DNA of 64,000 bases from Eledone cirrhosa (lineage: Eukaryota), in the NCBI GenBank assembly GCA_964016885.1, contig OZ024754.1, forward strand, positions 38,626,001 through 38,690,000. Reading direction: 5' to 3'. The notes under the pieces were generated by a model, which searched no databases, had not been told where the DNA came from, and saw nothing but the letters and a program-made list of their open reading frames with translations. The position numbers and the translations under genes were made by a program. Below, piece after piece: positions 1-14,866 of the stretch (the stretch's first letter is position 1; every line of letters starts with the position of its first letter).

Positions 1-245
1 CTGAACAAACCTATATACGAGGTCTGATAGTACACAGTTCTATAACCGCTATAGATCAGTCAATATGATCAACCCTCCAAAACGATCATAAACAATATGT
101 ATAGGTAAAATAACTACAAAGTCAAGTTATTTTACCAATACATATTGTTTATGATCGTTTTGGAGGGTTGATCATATTGCCATATTGACTGATCTATAGC
201 AGAGAGAACTGTATACTATCAGACCTCGTATATAGGTTTGCTCAG
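1..245. repeat. Fold-back inverted repeat (arms about 113 bp, centre near 119), followed by a perfect 30-bp palindrome at 251-280
   Basis: Arms are reverse complements with a few mismatches and indels. Confidence 0.9.
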
Positions 246-515
246 ACCGTCTTCTTTGGAAACAATTGTTTCCAAAGAAGAATGATTCTGCTGTGCGATG
301 GGTTCGGTGTGGTCAACTGGTCTGTCCCTCCTCATAACAGTACCATCCAGTTTTCACACTGTAAATGTGGTTAGTGTTAGGAAGGGCATCCAGCTATAAA
401 ATCCCTGGCTAAATTTACAGTCCTCGGCTGAGCAAGGTATGGTGAGGTCAACTCTCAACATGGACGACCTGTCTAACCCATGCAAGCATTGAAAAATGGA
501 CTAGCTCGCCAACAG

Positions 516-1497
516 GCTAGTCCATTTTATTATCATTATCTTTCAATTCTGTCTGTTGGCAGGCTAGTCCATTTTATTATCATTATCTTTCAATTCTGTC
601 TGTTGGCAGGCTAGTCCATTTTATCATTATCTTTCAATTCTGTCTGTTGGCAGGCTAGTCCATTTTATCATTATCTTTCAATTCTGTCTGTTGGCAGGCT
701 AGTCCATTTTGTTATTATCTTTGAATTCTGTCTGTTGGCAGGCTGGTCCATTGTATCATTATCTCTGAATTCTGTCTGTTGGCAGGCTAGTCCATTGTAT
801 CATTATCTCTGAATTCTGTCTGTTGGCAGGCTAGTCCATTTTATCATTATCTCTGAATTCTGTCTGTTGGCAGGCTAGTCCATTTTATCATTATCTTTGA
901 ATTCTGTCTGTTGGCAGGCTAGTCCATTTTATCATTATCTTTGAATTCTGTCTGTTGGCAGGCTAGTCCATTTTATCATTATCTCTGAATTCTGTCTGTT
1001 GGCAGGCTAGTCCATTTTATCATTATCTTTGAATTCTGTCTGTTGGCAGGCTAGTCCATTTTATCATTATCTCTGAATTCTGTCTGTTGGCAGGCTAGTC
1101 CATTTTATCATTATCTTTGAATTCTGTCTGTTGGCAGGCTAGTCCATTTTATCATTATCTCTGAATTCTGTCTGTTGGCAGGCTAGTCCATTGTATCATT
1201 ATCTCTGAATTCTGTCTGTTGGCAGGCTAGTCCATTTTATCATTATCTCTGAATTCTGTCTGTTGGCAGGCTAGTCCATTTTATCATTATCTTTGAATTC
1301 TGTCTGTTGGCAGGCTAGTCCATTTTATCATTATCTCTGAATTCTGTCTGTTGGCAGGCTAGTCCATTTTATCATTATCTCTGAATTCTGTCTGTTGGCA
1401 GGCTAGTCCATTTTATCATTATCTCTGAATTCTGTCTGTTGGCAGGCTAGTCCATTTTATCATTATCTCTGAATTCTGTCTGTTGGCAGGCTAGTCC
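516..1497 (+). repeat. 44-bp minisatellite, 22 units, each containing a 3' splice site
   Basis: Unit gctagtccattttatcattatctctgaattctgtctgttggcag; two 47-bp plus twenty 44-bp units. Confidence 0.95.
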
Positions 1498-1552
1498 CGT
1501 GAAATCTTTGAGTGAAGACAACTACAAGAGGCCTGACTCTGATACTCATGCG
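1490..1552 (+). CDS. PACS2: Probable PACS middle-region exon (ASPVKSLSEDNYKRPDSDTHA), phase 0-0
   Basis: ttggcag| acceptor, GCG|gtatgt donor, 63 nt, only frame 0 open; S/D/E/K-rich unique sequence between two repeat arrays. Confidence 0.7.
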
Positions 1553-1582
1553 GTATGTGACTCCCTAATGCTTAGATATTTT

Positions 1583-2158
1583 CACTCTCTATCTATCTTT
1601 CTAGCTATTTCTCACTTAGTCTCTCTCTATATATATATCTCTCCCATTCACTCTCTATCTATCTTTCTAGCTATTTCTCACTTACTCTCTCTCTATATAC
1701 ATATATCTCCCATTCACTCTCTATCTATCTTTCTAGCTATTTCTCACTTACTCTCTCTCTATATATATATATCTCTCCCATTCACTCTCTATCTATCTTT
1801 CTAGCTATTTCTCACTTACTCTCTCTCTCTCTATATATATATATATCTCCCATTCACTCTCTATCTATCTTTCTAGCTATTACTCATTTACTCTCTCTCT
1901 CTATATATATCTCTCCCATTCACTCTCTATCTATCTATCTAGCTATTACTCACTTACTCTCTCTCTCTCTATATATATCTCTCCCATTCACTCTCTATCT
2001 ATCTATCTAGCTATTACTCACTTACTCTCTCTATATATATATATATCTCCCATTCACTCTCTATCTTTCTAGCTATTTCTCACTTACTCTCTCTCTCTAT
2101 ATATATATATATATCTCCCATTCACTCTCTATCTATCTTTCTAGCTATTTCTCACTTA

Positions 2159-2192
<34 letters not shown>

Positions 2193-2383
2193 CATTCACT
2201 CTATATCTTTCACTCTTTCTGACTCTCACTTACTCTCTGTATCTATCTCACTCACTCTCTATATGTCATTCTCACATTTTCTTTAGCTCTCTCTCACACT
2301 TTCTCTCTTTCATTCTCTCACTCTCTCTCTCTGTCTCACTTACTCTTTATCTAACTCTCTATATACATCTCTATCTGTATATC

Positions 2384-2434
<51 letters not shown>

Positions 2435-2555
2435 CTCTCTCTCTCACTCTCTATATATACCTCCCACTCTATATATCTCACTATAGATATATATATATAT
2501 ATCACTTATCTATATATATATATCACTCTATATATATATATATATATATATATCA

Positions 2556-2606
<51 letters not shown>

Positions 2607-2920
2607 TCTCTCCCCCTCTCTTTCTCTCTCTCTTACTCTATATATATATATATATATATATATATTTCACTCTATATATATATACACCTCTCACTCTCTC
2701 TCTCTATATATATATATGTCTCTCTCTCTATATATATATGTCTCTCTCTCTATATATATATATATATATCTCACTCTATATATACCTCTCATCCTCTCTG
2801 TATATTTCTTTATATATATATATATATATCTAACTCAGTATATACCTCTCACTTATCTATACCTCTCACTCTATATATATATATATATATATCATTCTCT
2901 CTCTATATATATATATCTAT
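1583..2920. repeat. About 60-bp CT/AT compound repeat grading into (TA)n/(CT)n
   Basis: Repeated cattcactctctatctatctttctagctatttctcacttac. Confidence 0.9.
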
Positions 2921-3694
2921 TTCACTTTATAGTTATTTTTAGGAACAATTAAATTGTTTCTTTTTTTTTTGTTATTGTTTCTTAAATTAAAAAAAAAACT
3001 TTTTTTTATTTCATGTTATTTTTTTTATTTTATAAAACATTGTCGGGGCAGATAATTTGAGTCATGGGTAGTTTATAAAACTGACCTAAAATTTCACTTT
3101 AAAATATGAATGCATTTTATTTATTTATTTTTAATTTCAATTTTTTATTTGTTTTTGTGATTTCTTAACTATATTGAATAAGTAAAGATTAACTCTTAAC
3201 ATCCTGTACCACATGGAACAGCATTAGCAAGACATTCTTGAAAAATACAAAACATCAGTATGACTGTATTAACTTTCAAAATTAAACTTTTTACTTTAAC
3301 CTGTTGACTGCTACAGTAGCTGCACCGGGGGTAGTTTCAGTAAAATCACTATTTTTTAAACAAACATTTATTAACAACACAAATTTATTTGGGAACCCTA
3401 TGTTATATCTGAATAAACTAGTAACCCCATCTGGCTTTGAAGTTATGAACTGTTGGAAACGAGTTATCTTGTCTGTGGCACTGGAATGTATACCTGTTAA
3501 GATGAGTTATCTCATCTGTGGCACTGAAGAAGTTAATATGGTAAATTTTCACAAAGATCTGTCCACAAGTAAACGTACTACAAATATTTTAATTAACAAG
3601 TCATACGATACCACATTAGCAAGACATTCTTGAAAAGTACAAAACAGCACTATGACTTCATCACTTTAAAAACATTTTTACTTTAACGTTGCAA

Positions 3695-4605
3695 ATTTTC
3701 ACATCAATCCGTCCACAAGTAAAGATACTATAAACATTTGCATTAACAAACCCAGCTTTTAGATATTTTCACAGCAATCTCTCCACAAATAAAGATACTA
3801 TAAGTATTTGAATTAACAAACCAAGCTTTTAGATATTTTCACAGCAATCTCTCCACAAATAAAGATACTATAAACATTTGAATTAACAAACCAAGCTTTT
3901 AGATATTTTCACAGCAATCTCTCCACAAATAAAGATACTATAAGTATTTGAATTAACAAACCAAGCTTTTAGATATTTTCACAGCAATCTCTCCACAAAT
4001 AAAGATACTATAAACATTTGAATTAACAAACCAAGCTTTTAGATATTTTCACAACAATCTCTCCACAAATAAAGATACTATAAACATTTGAATTAACAAA
4101 CCAAGCTTTTAGATATTTTCACAACAATCTCTCCACAAATAAAGATACTATAAACATTGAATTAACAAACCAAGCTTTTAGATATTTTCACAGCAATCTC
4201 TCCACAAATAAAGATACTATAAACATTTGCATTAACAAACCCAGTTTTTAGATATTTTCACAGCAATATCTCCACAAATAAAGATACTATAAACATTTGA
4301 ATTAACAAACCAAGCTTTTAGATATTTTCACAGCAATCTCTCCACAAGTAAAGATACTATAAGTATTTGAATTAACAAACAACTTTTAGATATTTTCACA
4401 GCAATCTCTCCACAAGTAAAGATACTATAAGTATTTGAATTAACAAACAATTTTTAGATATTTTCACAGCAATCTCTCCACAAATAAAGATACTATAAAC
4501 ATTTGAATTAACAAACAACTTTTAGATATTTTCACAGCAATCTCTCCACAAGTAAAGATACTATAAACATTTGAATTAACAAACGTAACTTTTATATATT
4601 TTCTG
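3695..4605. repeat. 70-bp minisatellite, about 13 copies
   Basis: aaagatacta recurs at 3721, 3791, 3861 and onward. Confidence 0.95.
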
Positions 4606-4909
4606 CTAAATTATTAAAGGATGTTAGGAGTTAATTTAAAAGATATTTTGGTGAGGATTGTTGCAGCCTCATCTTTGAAAATAATAGTTTATTTTAAATG
4701 TTTTTTTATGTTTTTCTGTTTAGATTTCCATGAATAGATAATGTTTCCTTGCTAAAGATGAGGTTTGATAGTCCAACACCAATAATTATAATCTTTGTTA
4801 ATAAAACTCATCTCAGATATTTAAATATTTAAGCGAGTAATGTTGTGGTTTATTTGTGTGTGTGTGTGTGTGTGTGCGTGTATATGTGTGTGTGTGCGTG
4901 TGTGTATAT

Positions 4910-4945
<36 letters not shown>

Positions 4946-5028
4946 CCTTGTTTTAAAAAAAATCATCAGATATCTTGTTAGTATTTTGTTTTGTGTTATC
5001 TGAATGTCTAAAAGTCTAACATACTCAT

Positions 5029-5076
<48 letters not shown>

Positions 5077-5266
5077 GTATATATATACATATATGTATAT
5101 ATATACATATATGTATATATATATACATGTATATAGATACATATATATATACATATATATATATACATATATATATACATATATATATATACATATATAT
5201 ATACATATATATATACATATATATATACATATATGTATATATATATACATATATGTATATATATAC

Positions 5267-5297
<31 letters not shown>

Positions 5298-6138
5298 CAT
5301 ATATGTATATATATACATATATGTATATATATACATGTATATATATACACACACATATATATATATACATATGTATATATATATACACACACACACATAT
5401 ATATATATACATATGTATATATATACTCTACTTATATTTTATTGATTTTATTTTTATTTATTATGTTACTTTTTATTTAATTCCTCTTGAGTTAGGGGTC
5501 AGGTAACTTTACCTAAATTTAGTTAGCTTGTCATATTGGTTGGACAATCTATTTTAAATCTGTTTGTGACTATATATATATATATATGTATCTATATATA
5601 TATATATATAATTATATGTATGTATATATATATATATATATATGTATGTATATATATATATATATAATTATATGTATGTATATATATGTATGTATGTATA
5701 TATATGTATGTATGTATGTATATATATATATGTATCTATATATATATATATATATATATGTATCTATATATCATCATCATCATCATCAGGTTTAGTGTCC
5801 GTGTTCCACACTTGCATGGGTTTGGACGGGGGTTTTCCCACTTGAGGCAAGAGTGGTTGTCTTGCTCGCATAGGACTGTCTGGCGGGTTTTCTACAGTTG
5901 GATCTATATATATATATATATGTATCTATATATATATATATATGTATCTATATATATATATATATATGTATCTATATATATATATATATATATGTATCTA
6001 TATATATATATATATATATGTATCTATATATATATATATATATATATATGTATCTATATATATATATATATCTATATATATATATATATCTATATATATG
6101 TATCTATATATATATATATATCTATATATATATATATA

Positions 6139-6173
<35 letters not shown>

Positions 6174-6720
6174 CTATATATAATTATATGTATGTATGCC
6201 TATATATGTATGTATGCCTATATGTATATATGTATGCCTATATGTATATATGCATATATCTGTCTGTATGTATGTATGCATATGTATATATATGTATGTA
6301 TGTATATAATGTTAAACAATCAAGGAATAAGAAAAACAAAGTAAATCAGTAATTAATCCATTGCTATATAGTAATTTAATATACATATCATCATCATCAT
6401 CATCATCATCATTATTACCATTTAATGACTGTCTTCCATGCTTGCATGGGTTAGACAGCTTGTCACGTTCTGAGGTGAAACAGGTCAGGTGAACATGTTT
6501 TGCTCATACATTCCGTTTTGACCATAGAAATGAAGCCAGAATGGAATGTATGAGCAAGACATGATCATCTGACCTGTCTAGCCTCACAATGTGACAACCC
6601 CACATCAGAAAATAGATGTTAAATGGTAATGGTAATGGTGATGGTGATGGTGGCGGTGGTGATGAGGATGATGATGATGATTGATGCTATATAATTATCA
6701 TCTGTTAAATGATGTGTGTG

Positions 6721-6777
<57 letters not shown>

Positions 6778-6778
<1 letters not shown>

Positions 6779-7115
6779 GAGGCACATGGCTTAGTGGTTA
6801 GAGCATTGGCCTTGCAATCGAAAGGTTGTGAGTTCAATTCTCAGACCGGGTGATGTGTTGTTTCCTTGAGCAAGAGACTTTATTTCACATTGCTCCAGTT
6901 TACTCAGCTGTAGAAATGAGATGATAGGGACTGGGGTCTATATCATTCCACTGCAAAGTAGTCGTGGAGGTGCCACGGCAAAAAAAGCACCCAGCACTCA
7001 CTGTAAATGAGGTTGGTGTTAGGAAGGGCATCCAGCTGTAGAAATCAAGCCAGAGTCAGTTCCCGTCCCACCCTTGCAAGCAGGGAAAAAGCGGATGTAA
7101 AATGAAATGATGATG
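6778..7115 (+). mobile_element. tRNA-derived SINE family A with RTE-like 3' tail
   Basis: A box TGGCTTAGTGG, B box GAGTTCAATTC, (GAT)n tail; near-identical copies at 20849 and 34575. Confidence 0.9.
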
Positions 7116-7554
7116 AATGGTGAATAATTTATTGGCCTAGCTGCCAGCAAAGCACTATTTAGGCAAATCAGATTATTCAGTTTAATGAACCGTAATTTTA
7201 CTGACTAGATATGTATTCCCTCTGTGAACAAATAACAGGGGTGTGTGCAAATCTCTGAAAGATTATCCCATATAGGGTTGCAACCAGACAGGCAGGTGCC
7301 CCAATTTTTCTGCCCATAAAGAGATTGTCAAGACATTTCTTTATATTTATTTGTCTAGTCTGTTTGATCTATAATAGGTATTGCCTTGAGCTGATCGATA
7401 GTGAAACATATGTAATGTGTTATTAAATATGTTATGATGCAACACTGAATCCTTGTTCCTTATCCTTATAGTATATATATATATATATATATATTGAGTT
7501 TAGATGCATCACTGACTTTTCCTTTTATATTATATATATATATATATATAAAAT

Positions 7555-7762
7555 GAAAAATCAGTGATGCATCTGAACTCAATTTATTGTGTGTTACAAT
7601 TGTTTCCCCGGCAGACAGCTCGAGACACGATCATTGTGTGGGTCTGTCTGATTCTGGATCTGCAGGTTCGACGGACACTTCTAATGACTTGGGATCAAAT
7701 TTTCTCACTTGAAACAATTGTAACACACAATAAATTGAGTTCAGATGCATCACTGATTTTTC
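7555..7762. mobile_element. Fold-back element (arms about 55 bp) with a decayed hammerhead-like motif; Penelope-like remnant
   Basis: Inverted arms; CTAATGA...GAAACAATTGTA at 7681-7722; a third arm copy at 7494-7520. Confidence 0.6.
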
Positions 7763-7989
7763 GTTTGCTATTCTATCACACTTTGCTCTGTAAGAACATA
7801 GAGTGCTCAACCGGCATACCCCCTATGGAAGCATCTTAGCTACCATCAGACACTTACCCTCGCGTCCCCTTTATTTACGTGTCCCAACGACTTTTTTTAG
7901 CCGTTGCTCGCACCAACCGGAGGTATATGGTCTTTAAAGTGATGAAATGCCTATGATAGTTGGAAGATCACTGATGAAGGACAAACTTT

Positions 7990-8025
<36 letters not shown>

Positions 8026-8410
8026 ATTTACATATACATAAAGTCATAGATATATATGTTTTGCAACCGGTCACGTTGTGGCTCAATGAAGAATTAATAA
8101 ATTAAATAATCAGAGCAATATATCATAAATCATATCCTTAGAATTATTAGATAAAATATTTTATCTAATAATTCTAAGGACATGATTTATGATATATATA
8201 TATATACTAATAATGCTAATAATATTATTTATACTTATATATGAGATATATATAATTATGAATATGAAAGAGTAGTATTAAGCACTACCCAATTACCAGT
8301 AAGAGAAAAAGCTCAATGTAAATTATCAGATGTATTACTGAGCAGAGATACAAAATAATCAAATATTTGCTTAATTGTATTAAACAAAAATTTGATTGTT
8401 TTATATTTTG

Positions 8411-8444
<34 letters not shown>

Positions 8445-8479
8445 GATGCACATACACACATTTACACACATTTATATTT

Positions 8480-8521
<42 letters not shown>

Positions 8522-9261
8522 TGCACATACACACACACATACATACATACATGCACACATACATACATATATATATAATAATTGTCTCCCACTCTCGCTC
8601 CATCTCTCTCTCTCTACCTAAATACCTATCTGCCTCTCTCCTCAGCATGTAGTGAAATGCTTGGATTTATTATTTTCCATCCAATGTCTTTGTTTGTTTT
8701 ATTATTAATCTTTGTTTTTATTTGATGTTTGTTGTTGCATTACTGTTATATTTTGTTTGTTTGTTTGTTTGTTTATTTAATTTATTTACATATTCTGTTT
8801 TAATTTGTTTAATTATAACCTAATAATTGTTTTATTTAACTATATTGATGGGTGAAGTCGTTAATGAGGTAACAAACCAGCCTCTTCAATTCTCTATATC
8901 ATCTCTACAGTTTTGCACACATCCATATATATACATACATACATACATACATACATACACAGATATACAATACTACTACTAAACTATACCCTCATTCATT
9001 CCTATATATACATATATATATAATGTGTGTGTATTCATTTATATATATATATGTGTGTGTGTATATATACATATACACATATATTCATATACACATATAT
9101 ATGTGTGTATGTTTATATATATATATATAATGTGTGTGTATTTATTTATATATATATATATATATGTGTGTATATACATATATATATATACATATATATA
9201 CACATATATACATATACACATATATATGTGCGTATGTTTATATATGTTTATATATATATAT

Positions 9262-9665
9262 ATATATTAAAACTACACACATACTCACACAATCTGGTCT
9301 AGAAGACAGAACTACAATGGTTTGAGAAGATTAGAAATGAATGTGTTGGCTTGTGTGTGATAGATATGTAGGTATGTTATGATGTATTTATCACTGAATG
9401 TATGTATATGTGTATGTATACATGCATGAATGCCTGTGTGTGTGTGTGTGTGTGTGTATACATATATATATTAAAACTACACACATACTCACACAATCTG
9501 GTCTAGAAGACAGAACTACAATGGTTTGAGAAGATTAGAAATGAATGTGTTGGCTTGTGTGTGATAGATATGTAGGTATGTTATGATGTATTTATCACTG
9601 AATGTATGTATATGTGTATGTATACATGCATGAATGCCTGTGTGTGTGTGTGTGTGTGTGTGTGT
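9262..9665. repeat. About 205-bp tandem duplication
   Basis: ttaaaactacacacatactcacacaatctggtctagaag block occurs twice. Confidence 0.9.
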
Positions 9666-9699
9666 TTACATACAAATGTTGTTCTACATAAGCCTGCCA

Positions 9700-10054
9700 G
9701 TTGGCCGGAGCTCAACCATCGGGGTCCTGAATCTTTTCATATTACCCACTCTACTACCCCAAGTATCAAGTACTCTGGTGGGTTACGGTCTACCTGGTTT
9801 TTACCACACCCTATCTGATCTATAGCTCCTACCTTCGTAATGAAGCACTCTTCGACCCACACCACACTTCCATCCAGGCTCTAATAACTAAGTTTCTCTT
9901 CCTAAATAGTTTCAACAGCTAGATCCAAGTTCAGCAGGAGCTCAGCCATCGGGGTCCGGTCCTGACTTTTTTCCTATTATCCACTCTACTAGCCCGATGT
10001 ATTGAGTACTCTGGTGCGTTATGGTCCACCTGGTAGCTTACCACACCCTCTTTG

Positions 10055-10058
<4 letters not shown>
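9700..10058 (+). mobile_element. Two direct copies of an unclassified interspersed repeat, also present inverted at 54490-54830
   Basis: Shared ccactctactacccNaagtattgagtactcNggtgcgttatggtcca. Confidence 0.7.
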
Positions 10059-10101
<43 letters not shown>

Positions 10102-12623
10102 GAAATTATTGTGTACAGTGCTCAGGTGCACTACAACTCATCAAAGGTGCATGTATAGTACATAGAATAATAAAGTGTCAGGAAAATGAACAGTGTATGA
10201 ATCATGATATAATAACAATAACAATAATGAAATATTGTGTACAGTGCCCAGGTGCACCACAACTCATCAAAAAAGTGCATGTACAGTACATAGGGCAATG
10301 CACATATACTGTGTGTCTACTCTGCCTTCCATGGGTTATAGATTCCATACACTGGTGGTTTTTCCCTGTTTGATCAATGACGCACTATCTCTCTCTCTAG
10401 TGTGTTACCTTTTCAACATATTGTATATATAAAGATATATATATATATATAAACACACTCACACACAAGCAAGTATTTAGAAAAATTTAGGTTTATATAA
10501 ATAGATAGCCATTAACATTTCTATGCAAACATCTACTCGTATATAAACAAGGAAGTTTTCCCCTACTCCTCAGTTTACTTTCATACTCACTGTAAGTTGT
10601 TGGTACAGGGATACATTAGTATGTGGTATTTGGAATGGATGGGAGTTAAAATCTAGTCTCTACTTCCATGGATTTGATCCAGATGCTTTCTTGTATTCTT
10701 GTTACAAACCATATTGTAACAAAATGACACTGGGGGTTTTTCAGAACTTCATTTATTAGTTCCCTTCATAATGGTTTGGAAGCAGAGAAAAAGTACCTAA
10801 GGTACAGAATCGATTGTCTGTGGACATAATAAAGCCAGACCTTTGACCAATGTGTTGTATTGTAGGCCAGTGGTGTAGTGGTGTGGGTCATATTTCTCAC
10901 AGGTCATGTGACCATGTCGAAGCTCCCTCATTGGCTCAAGCCCTCTCTTATAGACTGTCTGTAGAAGTGACGCCAGAGATAAAATGCACCCAGTACACTC
11001 TGTAAAGTAGTAGTGCTGGTGCCATGATAAAATCCACCTGGTCAACTCTGTAAAGTAGTAGTGCTGGTGCCATGATAAAATACACTCAGTAGACTGGTAG
11101 TGCTGGTGCCATGATAAAATGCACCCAGTACACTCTGTAAAGTAGTAGTGCTGGTGCCATGATAAAATCCACCCGGTCAACTCTGTAAAGTGGTAGTGCT
11201 GGTGCCATGATAAAATACACCCAGTACACTCTTTAAACTGGCCATATCTGTCCAGAATTGCCTTACCTCTTTCTGTTCAAACCAGCTATAACTGGCTGTA
11301 ACTGGCCATTCATACTGATATTAAGGTATTGTTCTCAACATAAATAACATCAAAATCTCAGAGATTTGATATTATGTTAAATAATTATGTAAGATTTACC
11401 AATAAAATACAATAGTAAATATAGAGTAATGTAAATGTTAAAGTGGTAGTCTTGGTGTCATGATAAAATACATTCAGTACACTCTGTAAAGTGGTAGTGC
11501 TGGTATCATGATAAAATACACTCAGTACACTGCTAATGTTCATGTCATGATAAAGCTTTCATTTCTACAATCTCAATGTGCTTTTCATTTTCACTCTCAG
11601 TATTCTTTTCATTCAACTCGTACATTTTTCTTTAACATGTTTCACCATTGAGGGTTCATGTTTAGTCAACCTATTTAGTCCTCGTACCCTTTTCAATTCA
11701 ACTTTCTACAAAGAAAAGGAACTAAACATACAAGTTTAGAAAATTAAAATAAATATTTTCTGTGTCAAAATATGATTCTATTTTCTTATCTCTAAGATGT
11801 CCATTTATTTAAATAACAGATATGGTTTCAATTCTATTTTATTGACAGCTTCAGTTTATTTTTAAAGACTGTCTCTTAAAATGACAAGAACTTTTCAAAT
11901 GGAAAAAATAAATTGAAACAAAAATACTTTTCCTTTTGTTGACTAAAATTGTGGTGTGTGTGTGTGTGGGTGGTGTATATGTATTTGTGATATGTGTTGT
12001 GTATGTGTGTAGTGTTGGGGTGATGTGTGTGTGCTGTGTATGTGTATATGAGTGTGTGTGTGGTGTGTGGTGTGTGTGATGTGTGGTGTGTATAGTGTGC
12101 TGGTGATGTGTAAGGGATGTATGTATATGGTGTGTGTTTGTGGTGCATGTATGTGTGTATTTATGTATGTTTGTGTGTGTGTGTGTGTATGAGTCTCATT
12201 ACTAGTTATGTTGCCATGGTTTTACTGACCATCACCTCTTGCACCTCCACGCTTTCTGGACACCTCCACCCACTTGCTGTCTCAACCCTGCCACCAATCA
12301 ACTAACCAACCAACCATCAACATGGCTGGTGCCACCACCACCACCACCACCATTGCCCCACTATCTAGTTGTGCTATTATTCAAAGCTGAAGTCAGTCAT
12401 ATATATATAGATATATAGATATATATAGATATATATATATATATATATATATATAATGCTTACTCTTGTCTCTTATATTGCATCCACCACGCCATACCAT
12501 TCACATAGTTGGGACAACTTTCGTTGAGATGTCCCACATTTATCTGTCTATCTGACCCCACAACCACCACTTAACTCCTCAGTTTATTGGGTCCACTTTT
12601 TAGCAGGTACCACACACACACAC

Positions 12624-13028
12624 TCCCTGGACATGGATACATTGAAGTTCCGACGCCTGGCAACTGACTTGGTAAATACCCACAAAATTGTTAACCATCT
12701 TGCCAACAACAACCCTGAGTACCTTTTTGATTTCCATGTGTCTAACACACGTGGGCATGCCCACAAAGTAAGAAAACAGCACAGTTCCCATGACTTTCGG
12801 AAACATTTTTTCACGCTCAGAGTTGCTGAAGCATGGAACAAACTACCTGCATCAGTTGTTAGCTGTCGAGACACTGCATCCTTTAAGGCCTCCATGCTTC
12901 CCGAGATCCGCCAACACTACAGCTAACATATACACACATGTACTTCCCTGACATTTGTGTATTATTCTATGTACTATATTGACGAGTTGTAGTGCACCTG
13001 AGCACTTTACACAATAATTTCATTATCA
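12624..13028 (+). mobile_element. 5'-truncated CR1-clade LINE (ORF2 C-terminus + 3'UTR)
   Basis: NTRGHAHKVRK..RKHFFTLRVAEAWNKLPASVV..FK is typical of CR1 ORF2 ends; (ATT)-like tail. Confidence 0.85.
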
Positions 13029-13229
13029 TACATACATACATCTCCCAACACACATACATGCACTCATACACAAGTCTACACACATATACACATCTCACAC
13101 ATATACACACACTCTCACACATACACACACACTCTCACATACACACACACTCTCACATATGTATGCATACATATGCTGACTTCATCTTTTGACCTTTTCG
13201 TTGCCAAATCTCTAAGGAAATATATTGGG

Positions 13230-13365
13230 AATATTGTTATACTTTGAGAGGGTCATGCTGCCAATAAGAAACACACGCACTAGTTGTTTCACTTCAATTT
13301 ATTATAAAACTAACCAGTACAAGTGTTTTTATTGGCAACATGACCCTCCCAAAGTATAACAATAT
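13230..13365. mobile_element. Fold-back element with arms of about 45 bp; related copy at 55436-55580
   Basis: atattgttatactttgagagggtcatgctgccaataa versus its reverse complement. Confidence 0.75.
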
Positions 13366-13880
13366 CTGTTTCAACACACGTTTTCAGATAAGAAATCTTG
13401 CAAAACAAATTCAAAAACGAAATATTGAGAATATGTTTCTATTAATTTTGAAAATAAGGAAGAATTTGGAGGGACTTAGTAAAAAATATCTAACTTTTTC
13501 ATTAGTAAGTTAATGTTTAGAATATTGTTTGAGAAAAAATTTATGTAATAAATTTATGATGGATGGTTTTAATATAATTAATAAATCTGCCCCAGGTGAG
13601 CTGAACATTGTCCTCTGACCTGATTCTCTTCCTGAGGGTCAACCCGTCCTACCCATGCTAGCGTAGAAGATGGACGTTAGATGAGGATGATGATGTCTGG
13701 ACCTTTTGGCTGTGTCATCAACATGAGAAATACATTAATTACGATCTGTTGAGGTTGTTGTAATGTCTTACCTGTGGTTTGATGGGTTTTCAGTGAGGTA
13801 GCAACATCCTGAATTCACTAGCTTCCTCTGAAAAAGAGTTGGTATGGGATAGATGCATTTCAGTATGGAGGAGATATCAG

Positions 13881-14866
13881 GGTGGAGGATATATCAGGGT
13901 GGAGGATGTATCAGGGTGGAACAGATATCAGGGTGGAGGATATATCAGGGTGGAAGGGATATCAGGGTGGAGAATATATTAGGGTGGAGGAGATATCAGG
14001 ATGGAAGAGATATCAGGGTGGAGGATATATCAGGGTGGAGGATATATCAGGATGGAAGAGATATCAGGGTGGAAGAGATATCAGGGTGGAGGATATATCA
14101 GGATGGAAGAGATATCAGGGTGGAGGATATATCAGGGTGGAAGAGATATCAAGGTGGAGGAGATATCAGGGTGGAAGAGATATCAGGGTGGAGGATATAT
14201 CGGGATGGAAGAGATATCAGGGTGGAGGATATATCGGGATGGAAGAGATATCAAGGTGGAGGAGATATCAGGATGGAAGAGATATCAGGGTGGAAGAGAT
14301 ATCAGGATGGAGGATATATCAGGGTGGAGGATATATCAGGGTGGAAGAGATATCAAGGTGGAGGAGATATCAGGGTGGAAGAGATATCAGGATGGAAGAG
14401 ATATCAGGATGGAGGATATATCAGGGTGGAGGATATATCAGGGTGGAAGAGATATCAAGGTGGAGGAGATATCAGGATGGAAGAGATATCAGGATGGAAG
14501 AGATATCAGGATGGAGGATATATCAGGGTGGAGGATATATCAGGGTGGAAGAGATATCAAGGTGGAGGAGATATCAGGGTGGAAGAGATATCAGGATGGA
14601 GGATATATCAGGGTGGAGGATATATCAGGGTGGAGGATATATCAGGGTGGAGGATATATCAGGGTGGAGGAGATATCAGGGTGGAAGATATATCAGGATG
14701 GAAGAGATATCAGGATGGAGGATATATCAGGGTGGAGGATATATCAGGGTGGAGGATATATCAGGATGGAGGATATATCAGGATGGAGGAGATATCAGGG
14801 TGGAGGAGATATCAGGGTGGAAGAGATATCAGGATGGAGGATATATCAGGGTGGAGGATATATCAG
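13881..14866. repeat. 17-bp purine-rich minisatellite, 58 units (986 bp)
   Basis: Unit ggtggaggatatatcag and variants; length equals 58 x 17. Confidence 0.95.

Noticed and set aside
3304-3633. 109-aa ORF
   Set aside because: TTG start, no homology recognised, flanked by a duplicated repeat.
516-4605. Regular arrays resembling CRISPR (also 25978-27220)
   Set aside because: Head-to-tail units without unique spacers, no cas genes, eukaryotic intron context.
6778-6850. tRNA-like sequence (also 20849, 34575, 58854, 17997)
   Set aside because: SINE heads continuous with a repeat body and tail; no convincing acceptor stem.
13772-13827. Minus-strand 56-nt segment with good acceptor and donor
   Set aside because: No partner exons or homology; expected by chance in 64 kb and overlaps a better + strand model.
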